Of a DNA stretch of 26,240 nt, positions 16,146 through 26,001 are shown piece by piece. Under the pieces are notes generated by a model. That model ran no database searches and was not told the origin of the DNA. It saw nothing but the letters and a program-made list of their open reading frames with translations. The stretch lies in assembly GCA_039091335.1 (NCBI GenBank), contig JAWCME010000003.1, positions 40,801 to 67,040 on the forward strand, written 5' to 3'. Each line of letters begins with the position of its first letter. Positions within the stretch are counted from its first letter, which is position 1. A program made the translations under genes and the position numbers. Origin of the DNA: Candidatus Aenigmatarchaeota archaeon. GTDB taxonomy: Archaea; Aenigmatarchaeota; Aenigmatarchaeia; CG10238-14; SCSR01.

Positions 16146-17222
16146 TCAAAACGGTCTTTGGTTTCTTCTTAGTTCAAATAGACTTGAAAGGTTTCCTGCC
16201 ATGTCCTTCAAAGAAGAATAAAATAATTCAATCTCTTCTTCTGAAAGTCTTGCTCTTTGGTCTGCCTCTATCAAAACAGATGGAATTCCATAGCTAGAAT
16301 CTCCACTCAAAGCAAGAATTAAAGAAGATATTTCGTTTGCTGTTTTGGGCGCGTCCTTGTCTTCAATGAAATCAATCCTTATTGGCCTCTCGAACTCTGA
16401 GGGCCTTAAATAAAAACTGAATATTTTTTGTGAAAAAATACCAAATTCTTTGAGTACAGGATGATTGCTCGGATTTGAAGAATAACTGAAAACTAAGCTT
16501 CTTTCATTTTTTTCAAGCATATAAGTTAAAATGTTTGTGTCCTTTGTTCTCTCAAGCAAAACACTTGTTTTTTCTTCCATGGGCAATGTGTTGCTCATAA
16601 TTTCACAAAATCTCTTTCCTCTTGAGTCCTCTATAACTCCTGCCAAAACAACTCCTCTTTTAATTGCTTCTTTAAGCAGCTCCTTATAAGAATCTATCAT
16701 CTTTTTATACGTCGGAAAAAGTAAGGAGTTTTCTGAAGGCCTTTCTGTATAATGTGGAACTATAGAACCGTTAAGAAATAAAACGTCTGGTTTAAATTTC
16801 TCTATCATCTCTATTGCGGTTTTTGTTTCTATGGTCTGTCTTTCCATGTTCGAGTTAATCTCAAACTCGAGTTCAGAGAACGGGTCAAATAGTATTATTG
16901 GCTTTGGTATTGGAATTGAATTTGGATGATAATCTACTTTTTCTATTCTTTTATTTTTAAAGTAGAATATTACCCCCACTGCCCTTAAAAGGATTATGTC
17001 TATTCCATGTAAACTTTTTTTTACCATTCCTCCGTCTACCCCTGCTATGGAATTTTTTTCTAGGGAAGATTTTTCTATTCTAAAAAAAGTTTTTTTCTCC
17101 AGAACCTCCTCACCGGCGTTGCTTAAATCTGCATTTCTTAAATTTCTTCCTATTTCCATCCTTTTTTTCTCAATCTCAATTATTTTATTTACAAAATCTT
17201 TTGTCAATTCAATTATACTCAA
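16146..17222 (-). CDS. nurA: NurA-family nuclease
   Basis: IAGVDGG, LLRAVGV, LFLNGS, LAGVIEDSRG, PIRIDF, YGIPSVLIEADQRARL; GGTGA-N4-TTG start. Confidence 0.8.
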   Translation of the reverse strand: MSIIELTKDFVNKIIEIEKKRMEIGRNLRNADLSNAGEEVLEKKTFFRIEKSSLEKNSIAGVDGGMVKKSLHGIDIILLRAVGVIFYFKNKRIEKVDYHPNSIPIPKPIILFDPFSELEFEINSNMERQTIETKTAIEMIEKFKPDVLFLNGSIVPHYTERPSENSLLFPTYKKMIDSYKELLKEAIKRGVVLAGVIEDSRGKRFCEIMSNTLPMEEKTSVLLERTKDTNILTYMLEKNERSLVFSYSSNPSNHPVLKEFGIFSQKIFSFYLRPSEFERPIRIDFIEDKDAPKTANEISSLILALSGDSSYGIPSVLIEADQRARLSEEEIELFYSSLKDMAGNLSSLFELRRNQRPF

Positions 17223-17274
17223 AACATCACCAATTAAAATTAGTTATTTATTTAAAATCTGTTATTTGATTATT

Positions 17275-18021
17275 ATGGATGTTAGTAGGTTTGGTACATT
17301 TATATTTGATCTAGACGGCACAATATGGAGTTGGAAAAAACTTTATGCTGGAAGTGCAGAAACGATTGAAAAATTAAGGAAGATGGGGAAACAGATTTTG
17401 TTTGTAACAAACAATACGTTGCTCTCAAGAGATAAAATGTTTAAAAGAATTAGAAATTTTGGAATTGATTTGGAGAAGGAAGATTTAATAACTTCTGGTC
17501 TTGTTACAAAAGAATATTTAAAAAATAGAGAAGGAAAGGTAATGGTTTTTGGTGATGGAATTAAGGAAGATTTGAAAAAAGGAAAAATAAAGATCAGTAA
17601 AAAAGATGCAGATTATTTGGTTGTTGGGTATGATAAGGATTTTAACTATAAGAAGCTTGTGACTGCAGTAAAGGTATTGAATAATGGGGCAAGGTTTTTG
17701 ACAACTTCTAAGGGAGAATGGCTTGTTATAGATGGAAATTTGATCCCTGGAACTGGAATAATAGTAAAAATATTGGAGCGGGCAACAAACAGGAAATCCT
17801 TGCTTATGGGTAAACCTTCTAAATATATGCTGTCTTTTTTAAGCTTATTCGTTCAATCTCCATTCAAAAGAACAGTTTTGGTTGGGGATGAGCTTGAATC
17901 TGATATATTGATGGGAAAGAAAGCAGGATATTTTACCGTACTTGTTAGAAGCGGTGTAGATAAAAAAGTGAAAAAAATAAAACCTGATTTAGTAATAAAT
18001 TACGTAAAGGACTTAATTTAA
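17275..18021 (+). CDS. HAD-superfamily subfamily IIA phosphatase (NagD-like)
   Basis: FDLDGT, FVTNN, GKPS, VGDELESDI..G motifs I-IV. Start reassigned to ATG 17275; the upstream extension is antisense to nurA. Confidence 0.9.
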   Translation: MDVSRFGTFIFDLDGTIWSWKKLYAGSAETIEKLRKMGKQILFVTNNTLLSRDKMFKRIRNFGIDLEKEDLITSGLVTKEYLKNREGKVMVFGDGIKEDLKKGKIKISKKDADYLVVGYDKDFNYKKLVTAVKVLNNGARFLTTSKGEWLVIDGNLIPGTGIIVKILERATNRKSLLMGKPSKYMLSFLSLFVQSPFKRTVLVGDELESDILMGKKAGYFTVLVRSGVDKKVKKIKPDLVINYVKDLI

Positions 18022-18045
18022 AATTTTTAGAATTGAAATAAATTA

Positions 18046-19536
18046 ATGGTGGTTAATTTCAAACCAAAGTTTTTCGTCACAACACCAATATATTATATAA
18101 ATGCCCCTCCACACATAGGTCATGCTTACACAACTATAGCAGCAGATATCTTAGCAAGGTTTAATAGGCTTAAAGGAAGGGATGTTTTCTTCCTTACCGG
18201 CTTGGATGAAAATTCTGTAAAAACTGTACAAGCTGCAAAGGAAAAGGGAATGGAAATAAAGAAGTATGCAGACGAAATGGCAGAAAAATGGAAGAATGTG
18301 TGGAGAATATTGAATATAAGTAATGATGATTTTATAAGAACTACAGAAAAAAGACATGAAAAAAATGTGAAAAAATTTTTCATGCGTGTTTTTAAAAATG
18401 GTGATGTTTATAAAGGGGTGTATGAAGGCCTTTATTGTGATGGTTGCGAGGCATTTCTGAGTGAGAACGACCTTTTAGAAGGAAAATGTCCATTGCACAA
18501 AAAAGAACCCAGGGTTGTTAAGGAGGAAAATTATTTTTTCAGGCTCTCGAAATATAAAGAAGAAATACTTAAGTATATAGAGAATAATCCTGATTTTATT
18601 CGACCCAATTCAAGAAGGGAAGAAGTTTTGAGTTTTATTTCCTCTGGACTTAAAGACATAAGCATTTCAAGACCTGGATTAAACTGGGGAATTCGTTTAC
18701 CAATAGACAAAAAACATGTTTTTTGGGTTTGGTTTGACGCACTTTTAAACTACTTGATAAAGAAAAAATATTGGCCTGCATCTGTGCAGCTAATAGCCAA
18801 GGATATACTTAGATTTCATGCAGTAATATGGCCTGCAATGCTCTTAAGTGCTGGCTACAAACTCCCTGAAAAAATATTTGCTCATGGTTTTCTTACGGTT
18901 AACAAGGAGAAGATAAGCAAAAGCCTTGGAAATGCTATAGACCCTGTTTACTTGGCTGAAAAATATTCCGTTGACGCCTTAAGATATTTTCTTTTTAGAG
19001 AAGTTTCTTTTGGAGAAGATGGTGATTTTTCTGAGAATAGCCTTAAGATGAGGTTGAACGAAGAGTTGGTTGCAAATATAGGAAATTTTATTAATAGGGC
19101 ACTATCTTTTACTTGGTCAAGGTTTGATGGAATTGTTCCAAGGCCAGAAAAATATGATGAGTACGACAAGGAATTTTTAATCAAAATCAAGGAAGTAAGC
19201 TCAACTGTTAGTGAAGAGATTGAGGAATTGAGGATTGATAAGGCGCTTGGAAAAATAGTTGATTTCTCCACTTTCTGTAATCAATATTTCCAACAAAAAG
19301 AACCTTGGAAGAAAATAGAAAATTCAAAATGTTGTGTTTATTTAAGTGTAAACGCTGTAAGAAGTATGGCAATACTTTTAGAACCTTTCATTCCTTATTC
19401 TTCAGAAAAAATATGGAAGAATCTTAACCTTCCTGGCTCAGTGCATAAACAGAAATGGAAAAGCATTTTCAAACTAAAAATAAAGCCTGGACACAAAATC
19501 AACAGGCCTGAAATAATTTTTAAAAAGGTGGAGTGA
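18046..19536 (+). CDS. metG: Methionine--tRNA ligase (catalytic core plus anticodon domain)
   Basis: TTPIYYIN..PHIGHAY, single Zn knuckle CDGC..CPLH, DISISR, VWFDALLNY, KDILRFH, KISKSLGN, NQYFQQKEPW. Confidence 0.96.
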   Translation: MVVNFKPKFFVTTPIYYINAPPHIGHAYTTIAADILARFNRLKGRDVFFLTGLDENSVKTVQAAKEKGMEIKKYADEMAEKWKNVWRILNISNDDFIRTTEKRHEKNVKKFFMRVFKNGDVYKGVYEGLYCDGCEAFLSENDLLEGKCPLHKKEPRVVKEENYFFRLSKYKEEILKYIENNPDFIRPNSRREEVLSFISSGLKDISISRPGLNWGIRLPIDKKHVFWVWFDALLNYLIKKKYWPASVQLIAKDILRFHAVIWPAMLLSAGYKLPEKIFAHGFLTVNKEKISKSLGNAIDPVYLAEKYSVDALRYFLFREVSFGEDGDFSENSLKMRLNEELVANIGNFINRALSFTWSRFDGIVPRPEKYDEYDKEFLIKIKEVSSTVSEEIEELRIDKALGKIVDFSTFCNQYFQQKEPWKKIENSKCCVYLSVNAVRSMAILLEPFIPYSSEKIWKNLNLPGSVHKQKWKSIFKLKIKPGHKINRPEIIFKKVE

Positions 19537-19545
19537 GGTGATCGA

Positions 19546-19875
19546 ATGAAAGAAATTTCTTTCAAAGAATTTCAAGAACTTGATTTGAGAGTAGGAAAGG
19601 TTTTAGAAGCAGAAAGAATTAGCGGATCGAAGAATTTGATTAGGTTGCTTGTTGATTTTGGAACTGAAAAAAGACAAAGTGTGGCTGGACTTGCTGAATG
19701 GTATGAACCAAAGGATTTAATCGGAAATAAATATGTTTTTATCCTAAACCTAGAAAGGAAAAAGATGTTTGGACTAGAATCAGAATGTATGATATTTGCC
19801 GCTGACGATGGTAGGGGGAATGTTGTTTTGATAAGACCGGAAAAAGACGTTGAAGCAGGAAGTAGGGTAAGATGA
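19546..19875 (+). CDS. Standalone tRNA-binding OB-fold protein (MetRS C-terminal / Trbp111 / CsaA-like)
   Basis: ISFKEFQELDLRVGKV, RQSVAGL, NLERKKMFGLESECMI, GSRVR; own RBS GAGGTGA-N4-ATG. Confidence 0.9.
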   Translation: MKEISFKEFQELDLRVGKVLEAERISGSKNLIRLLVDFGTEKRQSVAGLAEWYEPKDLIGNKYVFILNLERKKMFGLESECMIFAADDGRGNVVLIRPEKDVEAGSRVR

Positions 19876-20720
19876 TTAGAAAAGTTGTTTTGTTCTTTGT
19901 TGGAATGTTTCTTTCCGTACATATTTTAGGTTTATATATAGGAAATGAATATGTTAAAATGATTAGGGCTGGTGAGGCCACACCTGTTTTTGAAAATCCA
20001 GAGGCGGTAGAGAGCTCTTTGTCGGTTTTCCTCTATATAATTTTGGCCACAGCAGTTGTAATGATTATAGTAAAATACATAAAAAGAATTATTAAAGGTT
20101 TAGAGATTTTAGTGATGTTTACAGCAACACTTATAACATTTGATTTTTTAATTCCGTTCAATGTATCTTTCATTCCTTTAAGCTTGATTGTAGCTCTTTC
20201 TCTAACCATTTGGAGAATTTTAAGACCAAGTACGCTTAACCATGTTTTGGCTATTGTTTTTTCACTACCAAGTGCTGGTGTTTTGATTGGCTCTTCCTTA
20301 GGAATAATTCCTTCCCTTCTTTTAATTGTTTTGATCTCGTTTTACGATTTTTTTTCTGTATTCTTTACCAAGCATATGGTATATTTAGCAAGAGAGTTTT
20401 CTAAATATCAAAGCGTATTTGTTGCAAGTTTTCCCTATAAAATTGAAAAGGGCACATCAAAAAAATTTAAAGATAAAAAAATCTGCAGATACCATATTTT
20501 CCAGCTTGGAGGAGGAGATATAGTAATACCTTTGATATTCTCCGTTTCTGTGCTGTCTTCCTTCAGTTTATACCATGCCATTCTTACTAGCCTAGGCTCT
20601 TTAATATCAGTTTTTATTTTAACATCTATACATTCAAAAAAACCTAGACCATTGCCAGGAATTCCTTTTATAAGCGTTGGTATGTTATCTTTTTTTCTTC
20701 TTTCACTTTTTCTTTTTTAA
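19872..20720 (+). CDS. Presenilin / signal-peptide-peptidase family intramembrane aspartyl protease
   Basis: Multiple TM helices, YD (SFYDFFSVF..KHMV), GxGD (LGGGD), PAL-equivalent PLPGIPF. Confidence 0.87.
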   Translation: MIRKVVLFFVGMFLSVHILGLYIGNEYVKMIRAGEATPVFENPEAVESSLSVFLYIILATAVVMIIVKYIKRIIKGLEILVMFTATLITFDFLIPFNVSFIPLSLIVALSLTIWRILRPSTLNHVLAIVFSLPSAGVLIGSSLGIIPSLLLIVLISFYDFFSVFFTKHMVYLAREFSKYQSVFVASFPYKIEKGTSKKFKDKKICRYHIFQLGGGDIVIPLIFSVSVLSSFSLYHAILTSLGSLISVFILTSIHSKKPRPLPGIPFISVGMLSFFLLSLFLF

Positions 20721-20751
20721 ATTTTTACATATAAAAAATAATTTTGATATT

Positions 20752-21252
20752 ATGAAAAGGGTTAGAGATTTCATGAATAAAGAGGTAATTTTCTTTACAC
20801 CAAACGATTCTATATTCGAGGTTGCAAGGATTTTTTCCGAAAGGGGTATATCAGGAGCTCCTGTTGTTGAAAGAAATAAGGTTATAGGAATAGTAAGTGA
20901 ATCCGACATAGTTAGGTTTATGTGTACAAGGATCGGGAAATCTTTTTCAAAAATACCAACTCTTAGCACTCTTTTATTTTCTGTTATAATTGAAAACATT
21001 GAAGTGAAAAAAGAGCTTGAAAAGATTTCAAAAATTAATGTAAAAGATGTTATGTCAAGAGACGTTATTTCAATTTCTCCTGAAAAAAGTATATTTGATG
21101 CCGCAAGTCTTATGGAAAAAAAAGACGTGAACAGGCTTCCAGTTATTGAAGATGGAAGACTTGTTGGTATAGTTACAAGGGCAGATTTAATAAGGGCTTT
21201 AATTAGTGAAGAAAAAAACGAAAAAAGTAAATGTGAAAACAGTAATTATTAA
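20752..21252 (+). CDS. CBS-pair domain protein
   Basis: VRDFMNKEV..ISGAPVV..GIVSESD and VKDVMSRDV..VNRLPVI..GIVTRADL. Start reassigned to ATG 20752. Confidence 0.9.
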   Translation: MKRVRDFMNKEVIFFTPNDSIFEVARIFSERGISGAPVVERNKVIGIVSESDIVRFMCTRIGKSFSKIPTLSTLLFSVIIENIEVKKELEKISKINVKDVMSRDVISISPEKSIFDAASLMEKKDVNRLPVIEDGRLVGIVTRADLIRALISEEKNEKSKCENSNY

Positions 21253-21358
21253 AAAATGGTTCGTCGATTTTAAATAAATTTGTTTTTGCCATTAATTTTG
21301 AAAGTTAGATTTAAATCAAAACATAAACTTTTTAAAGCGGTAAGAGAAATAATTTATA

Positions 21359-23122
21359 ATGAAAGATTTAAAAATCTTTATATTTTTATTATTTCTAGCA
21401 ATGATGTTCTTTAATTTTTCAAATGGTGTTTTTGCTTCAGTAGAATGGGTTATAGAAAATGAAACAATTGCTCCTGTGAATAATTTTTTCTTGAACATAA
21501 GCTGGACGAACTCTACGGTTGTTGGAACAGAAGAAGGTAATTATCGACTAAACAATATAACTTTTAACCTAACCAATACCATAGGCACTTTATCTTTATT
21601 TTACATCGATGGAAGTTATGATTCTAACGCAGAAAATCTAACCTTTAATTCTATAACTAGTAGCTTATTAGCATGGGGAAATGACACATCATATACAACT
21701 CAAACTGAAGCTTGGTTTGCTTTTAATGTAAGTGCTCCTCAAGCCGAAATATATGAAATTACTATAGAAGAAATGTATTCAAACAATACTGATTATATCA
21801 CAAATACTTCTACCTTACTTTTAACGATTGATAAATCTCCAACAGAGGTAAATTTGTATTTGAATGGAACAGGAAATAAAACATACGTGAGGGGTGATAT
21901 AGCCAACATCACAGCAACAGTAAATGTGACTGGAAAAAATGTTACGATAGTGGCTAATTTTAGCTCTACTGTAGTTCTTGCTACTGGTCCCACACCACGA
22001 ACCAATATAACTAACACGCTTAATTTAAATACTGGTACGTATAATATCACTGCGTATTTTGTTGACGATGGAAATTATACCCAAAGTTCAAAAACTTATT
22101 GGTTAACAGTAACAACTCTACCAGACGGCTATTCTTGCACCGAAAATTATCAATGTTCGGGTGGGCATTGTGTGCACGGTATTTGCAGAAGCTCTTCCAC
22201 TCACTGTGGAGATGGGTATTGTGATCCTGGAGAAACTTGCTCGAACTGTCAGGTAGATTGTGGTAGATGTCCTGCCCCATCTTACGGGGCAGCTCCAAGT
22301 AGACCAAGTCTAATTGTTAGTACAGAGCCCGGAAGGGGTCTTGTTTACTTAAGTTTCATCAAATCTAATGAAAAAACCAACATAACATTTGAAAAAAGAA
22401 GAGATTTGAATGTTTTTGAACTTAGCATTTTGGTTGTGAACAGGGCAAATTCTGTAAGCATAAATGTGGAGAAACTTGATAAAAGACCTGCAGAAGTTCA
22501 AGTGGACGTTGTTGGAAAAGCCTATCGATACTTAAAAATAACAAAAGAAAACCTGAGAGATCAAGACATCGCTCAAGCAAAAATTAAATTCTTTGTAGAA
22601 AAATCTTGGATTAACGAAAACAACATAGATCCAAATACAATTGCTCTCTACAGATTTTCAGACAACAAATGGAATAAGTTAACTACAACTAAACTAACAG
22701 AAGATTCAAATTATGTATATTATGAAGCAGAAACCCAAGGATTTAGCTACTTTGCAATTGCTGGTGAAACAGGAAAGCAAATATGCCCATTTGAATGTTG
22801 CATTGGAGAAGCAAACTATTATGATAAGACCTGTGCCTCTGGCTATATCTGTGAAAACAGAAGATGTGTTAGTGTAGCTGTTTGTGAAGAAAATTGGGTT
22901 TGTACCAAATGGAGCGAATGCGTACAAGGACGACAAACTAGAAGTTGTAGAGACACAAACAATTGCGGTACTGCGCAGAGTAAACCAGCTGAAATACAGG
23001 AATGCGCCACACCAACAGTTATACCAATAGAATTAGTTGTGGGGATTGTAGCAACACTTATAATAGCTATTTTAATTGTGTGTATTTTATTCTTGAAAAT
23101 TGTAAAAAAGAAGAAAAAATAA
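21359..23122 (+). CDS. Membrane-anchored cell-surface protein with a PGF-pre-PGF domain and Cys-rich modules
   Basis: Signal peptide; N-x-S/T-rich Ig-like region; CGDGYCD..ETCSNCQVDC; IKFFVEKSWI..IALYRF..W..L.T..YEAETQGFSYFAI; WVCTKWSEC..RQTRSC; C-terminal TM plus KKKKK. Confidence 0.85.
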   Translation: MKDLKIFIFLLFLAMMFFNFSNGVFASVEWVIENETIAPVNNFFLNISWTNSTVVGTEEGNYRLNNITFNLTNTIGTLSLFYIDGSYDSNAENLTFNSITSSLLAWGNDTSYTTQTEAWFAFNVSAPQAEIYEITIEEMYSNNTDYITNTSTLLLTIDKSPTEVNLYLNGTGNKTYVRGDIANITATVNVTGKNVTIVANFSSTVVLATGPTPRTNITNTLNLNTGTYNITAYFVDDGNYTQSSKTYWLTVTTLPDGYSCTENYQCSGGHCVHGICRSSSTHCGDGYCDPGETCSNCQVDCGRCPAPSYGAAPSRPSLIVSTEPGRGLVYLSFIKSNEKTNITFEKRRDLNVFELSILVVNRANSVSINVEKLDKRPAEVQVDVVGKAYRYLKITKENLRDQDIAQAKIKFFVEKSWINENNIDPNTIALYRFSDNKWNKLTTTKLTEDSNYVYYEAETQGFSYFAIAGETGKQICPFECCIGEANYYDKTCASGYICENRRCVSVAVCEENWVCTKWSECVQGRQTRSCRDTNNCGTAQSKPAEIQECATPTVIPIELVVGIVATLIIAILIVCILFLKIVKKKKK

Positions 23123-23221
23123 AGCTACCAGCTACTTTTAAAAACTGCTTATTTTTTTGAAACCCTATTATTTGACGGATTTTTTAATAGACAAAAACAA
23201 TTTAATAGAAGGTAGAAAAGA

Positions 23222-24412
23222 ATGAAGAAAAGAAAATGGCTTAATAGAAACGTGGCTGCAATGGGATTTGGGAGTTTATTCAGTGATGCTAGCCATGAAA
23301 TGGCCACTGCAACTTTGCCCCCATTTTTAATGGAATTAGTAGGAGCTGCTACTGCACCTCAACTACTTGGTTTGATTACTGGCTTATCAGATGCTTCTTC
23401 AAGCTTTGTAAAAACATTTTCTGGCTGGTTAAGCGATAAACTCAGGAAAAGGAAGCCCCTTGTTACATTGGGTTACTTTCTAACTGGAATTTTTGTTGGA
23501 CTTACAGCATTTGCTAGAGATTGGTTTGAAGTTTTAATTTACAGGGTGTTGGCTTGGATAGGAAGAGGAACAAGAGAACCCCCAAGAGACGCTTTACTTG
23601 CTGATTCTGTTGATAAGAAATATTATGGCCATGCATTTGGCTTTCATCGAGCAATGGACACTCTAGGAGCAATAATAGGTCCGTTAACTGCATTCTTTCT
23701 AACACCCCTAATTGCTTTTAGAGATATTTTCCTTTTATCTTTCATCCCTGGTTTGCTAGCTGTTCTTGTTATAACAATAGGTATAAAAGAAGGAACGAAA
23801 AAACATAGAGAAAAAATTAAAGGATTGATAGGAAATATAAGGGCTTTGCCTAAAGGCTTTAGATTATTTCTTTTTATCATGTTCGTTTTTGGAATCGGAA
23901 ACTTCAATCGAACTTTACTTTTGCTTAGAGCACAAGAGATATTAACACCTGTAAATGGAATTATAATTGCAGGTAGCATGGCTGTTTTGTTCTATACCAT
24001 AAGAAACATTGCTCAGGCTATAGCAGATTATAGCATAGGAGCCTTAAGCGATAAAGTTGGAAAGAAGATTTTATTGGCATTTTTAGGGTTTTTCTTGTTT
24101 GGCATCATGTCTTTGGGATTTGTTTTTGCAACTACCAACTTATTTTACTTTATCTTTCTCTTTGTTTTATCCGGAATAAGCGCAGCCACATACACAGCAT
24201 TGGAAAAAGCTTACGCAGCAGACCTTTTGCCATCGAACATAAGAGGAACTGGATATGGTGTGCTACATACCATTGATGGTATAGGAGATTTTATTTCAAG
24301 CTTTGTTGTTGGGAGTTTATGGGTAATAGTCTCTCCAACCGCAGCTTTTGTATATGGAGCTATTCTTTCTTTTATTGCTACATTTCTTTTATTGTCCCTA
24401 ACAAAAATGTAG
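23222..24412 (+). CDS. MFS transporter
   Basis: About 12 hydrophobic segments, GWLSDKLRKRK and GALSDKVGKK motif A, GRGTREPPRDALLADS, AFGFHRAMDTLGA. Confidence 0.92.
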   Translation: MKKRKWLNRNVAAMGFGSLFSDASHEMATATLPPFLMELVGAATAPQLLGLITGLSDASSSFVKTFSGWLSDKLRKRKPLVTLGYFLTGIFVGLTAFARDWFEVLIYRVLAWIGRGTREPPRDALLADSVDKKYYGHAFGFHRAMDTLGAIIGPLTAFFLTPLIAFRDIFLLSFIPGLLAVLVITIGIKEGTKKHREKIKGLIGNIRALPKGFRLFLFIMFVFGIGNFNRTLLLLRAQEILTPVNGIIIAGSMAVLFYTIRNIAQAIADYSIGALSDKVGKKILLAFLGFFLFGIMSLGFVFATTNLFYFIFLFVLSGISAATYTALEKAYAADLLPSNIRGTGYGVLHTIDGIGDFISSFVVGSLWVIVSPTAAFVYGAILSFIATFLLLSLTKM

Positions 24413-24895
24413 ATTTATAAAATTATACGATTTTTTGCATGAGATATGTTATTAATATTATAATAAGCAAAAATTCTTGAAGATTATTTACATCAACCTT
24501 CTTTACTATAAGCAAATCTTTATTCTATCATCAGTTTAAACCCGCATCGAGTAGTATAGCTTGTCAGACTTGCTATATATTACCACTACTCCTTTGCAAA
24601 CTTTCTTGCTTGCTTTTAACAAAGTTCTCAATAAAATTCATAGCTTCGACGACAGCTTGCGGAGTAGCGGTATAAATTTTTTCCATGCTTCCTAACAGCA
24701 TATAAAGATTAGCAAGGACGCCCAGGATATGGGATGAACTCCAGTTTGAACTGTTTTGTTGAAATTAGCATTTTCTGACATTCTATTGAATATTATGTGT
24801 TTTTGTTGATTATGTTATTTACATTCCGCTTGATATAAATTTTTATAACTTCTTAAATTTTAACATAAGGTTAAGATTTTATACTATTTCGTGCG

Positions 24896-25891
24896 GTGAG
24901 TATGAAAACGAGACTTGAAGACAAGCTTTATGGTGGTTTAATGATAGACGACCCACTAATAATTGAACTTATAAATTCAAAACATGTTCAAAGACTTAAA
25001 GGGATAACTCAAGCCGGTTATGTAATTTTCCTCAACCCTACTCATCCTTATGCAAAATTCAAAGTTACAAGGTATGAACATTCGATAGGTGTTTATGCTT
25101 TACTAAAGAAAATTGGTGCTTCAAGGTTAGAACAAGTAGCTGGTTTATTGCATGATATTTCCCATCCAGTTTTTGCACATTGCCTTGATTTTCTTTATGG
25201 AAGAGAGTTAGAGCATGATTCTCATGAAAGGTTTCATCAAAAACTCATGTTAAATTCAGAAATTCCAAACATTTTGAAGAAGTATGGAATAAAGCCTGAA
25301 GAAATTTTAGATGGAAATTTCAGTTTGCTAGATAATGAACTACCAGACATCTGTGCAGATCGCATAGATTATTCTCTTAGAGATTCTATTTGTTGTTTAA
25401 ATTTAGAAAAAAATAAAGCTAGAAATATAATCGATTCATTAATAATTCATGAGGGTGAAATAATTTTCTCAAATTTTGTGGCAGCTAAGCAATTTGGTGA
25501 AATATTCTTAGAGATAGGAGAAATCTATTGCAACCCACTCCAAGCAACATTTTTTAAACTAGTCTCAGAAATAGTAAGATTAGGTTTGGAAACAAACGTT
25601 CTTAAAGAAGAAGACTTATTTTTGGAAGAGCCAATAGTATACAATAAACTTGTTAAATCGAATAATAAGGAAATAGGTAACTTATTAAAAATTATTTCAA
25701 ATCTAAAAGTGGTAGAAGACCCAGAATACTATGACTTCTATTTAAAATCGAAAGTAAGATATACAGATCCAAAAGTCTTATTCGAAAAAGAAACCAAAAG
25801 AGTTTCTGAGCTCGATGATGAGCTCAAACAGAAAATAAGAGATTTCATTAATAAAAAAACTAATGGGTTCTATGTTAGGGTGTTAAAATAG
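24896..25891 (+). CDS. HD-domain metal-dependent phosphohydrolase (dNTP triphosphohydrolase-like)
   Basis: VQRLKGITQAG, TRYEHSIGV, LLHDISH..FAH, ADRIDYSLRD. The start may be ATG 24902. Confidence 0.88.
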   Translation: MSMKTRLEDKLYGGLMIDDPLIIELINSKHVQRLKGITQAGYVIFLNPTHPYAKFKVTRYEHSIGVYALLKKIGASRLEQVAGLLHDISHPVFAHCLDFLYGRELEHDSHERFHQKLMLNSEIPNILKKYGIKPEEILDGNFSLLDNELPDICADRIDYSLRDSICCLNLEKNKARNIIDSLIIHEGEIIFSNFVAAKQFGEIFLEIGEIYCNPLQATFFKLVSEIVRLGLETNVLKEEDLFLEEPIVYNKLVKSNNKEIGNLLKIISNLKVVEDPEYYDFYLKSKVRYTDPKVLFEKETKRVSELDDELKQKIRDFINKKTNGFYVRVLK

Positions 25892-26001
25892 ATAAACATA
25901 AGGATGGTACAATTCAACTTTTCTAAAAATACTTATCTACTCGATTCCACAATATCCTAGAGCTTTAAATCCTTTTCTAGCCCAAGAGCTTCTGAGGAAA
26001 T

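Noticed and set aside
24413..24895. Possible small gene, pseudogene or ncRNA in the long intergenic gap (minus-strand fragments MSENANFNKTVQTGVHPISW.. from 24781 and ..MEKIYTATPQAVVEAMNFIENF.. ending 24573)
   Set aside because: Fragments are short, in different frames and match no family I recognise; no tRNA cloverleaf, repeat array or terminal inverted repeats seen.
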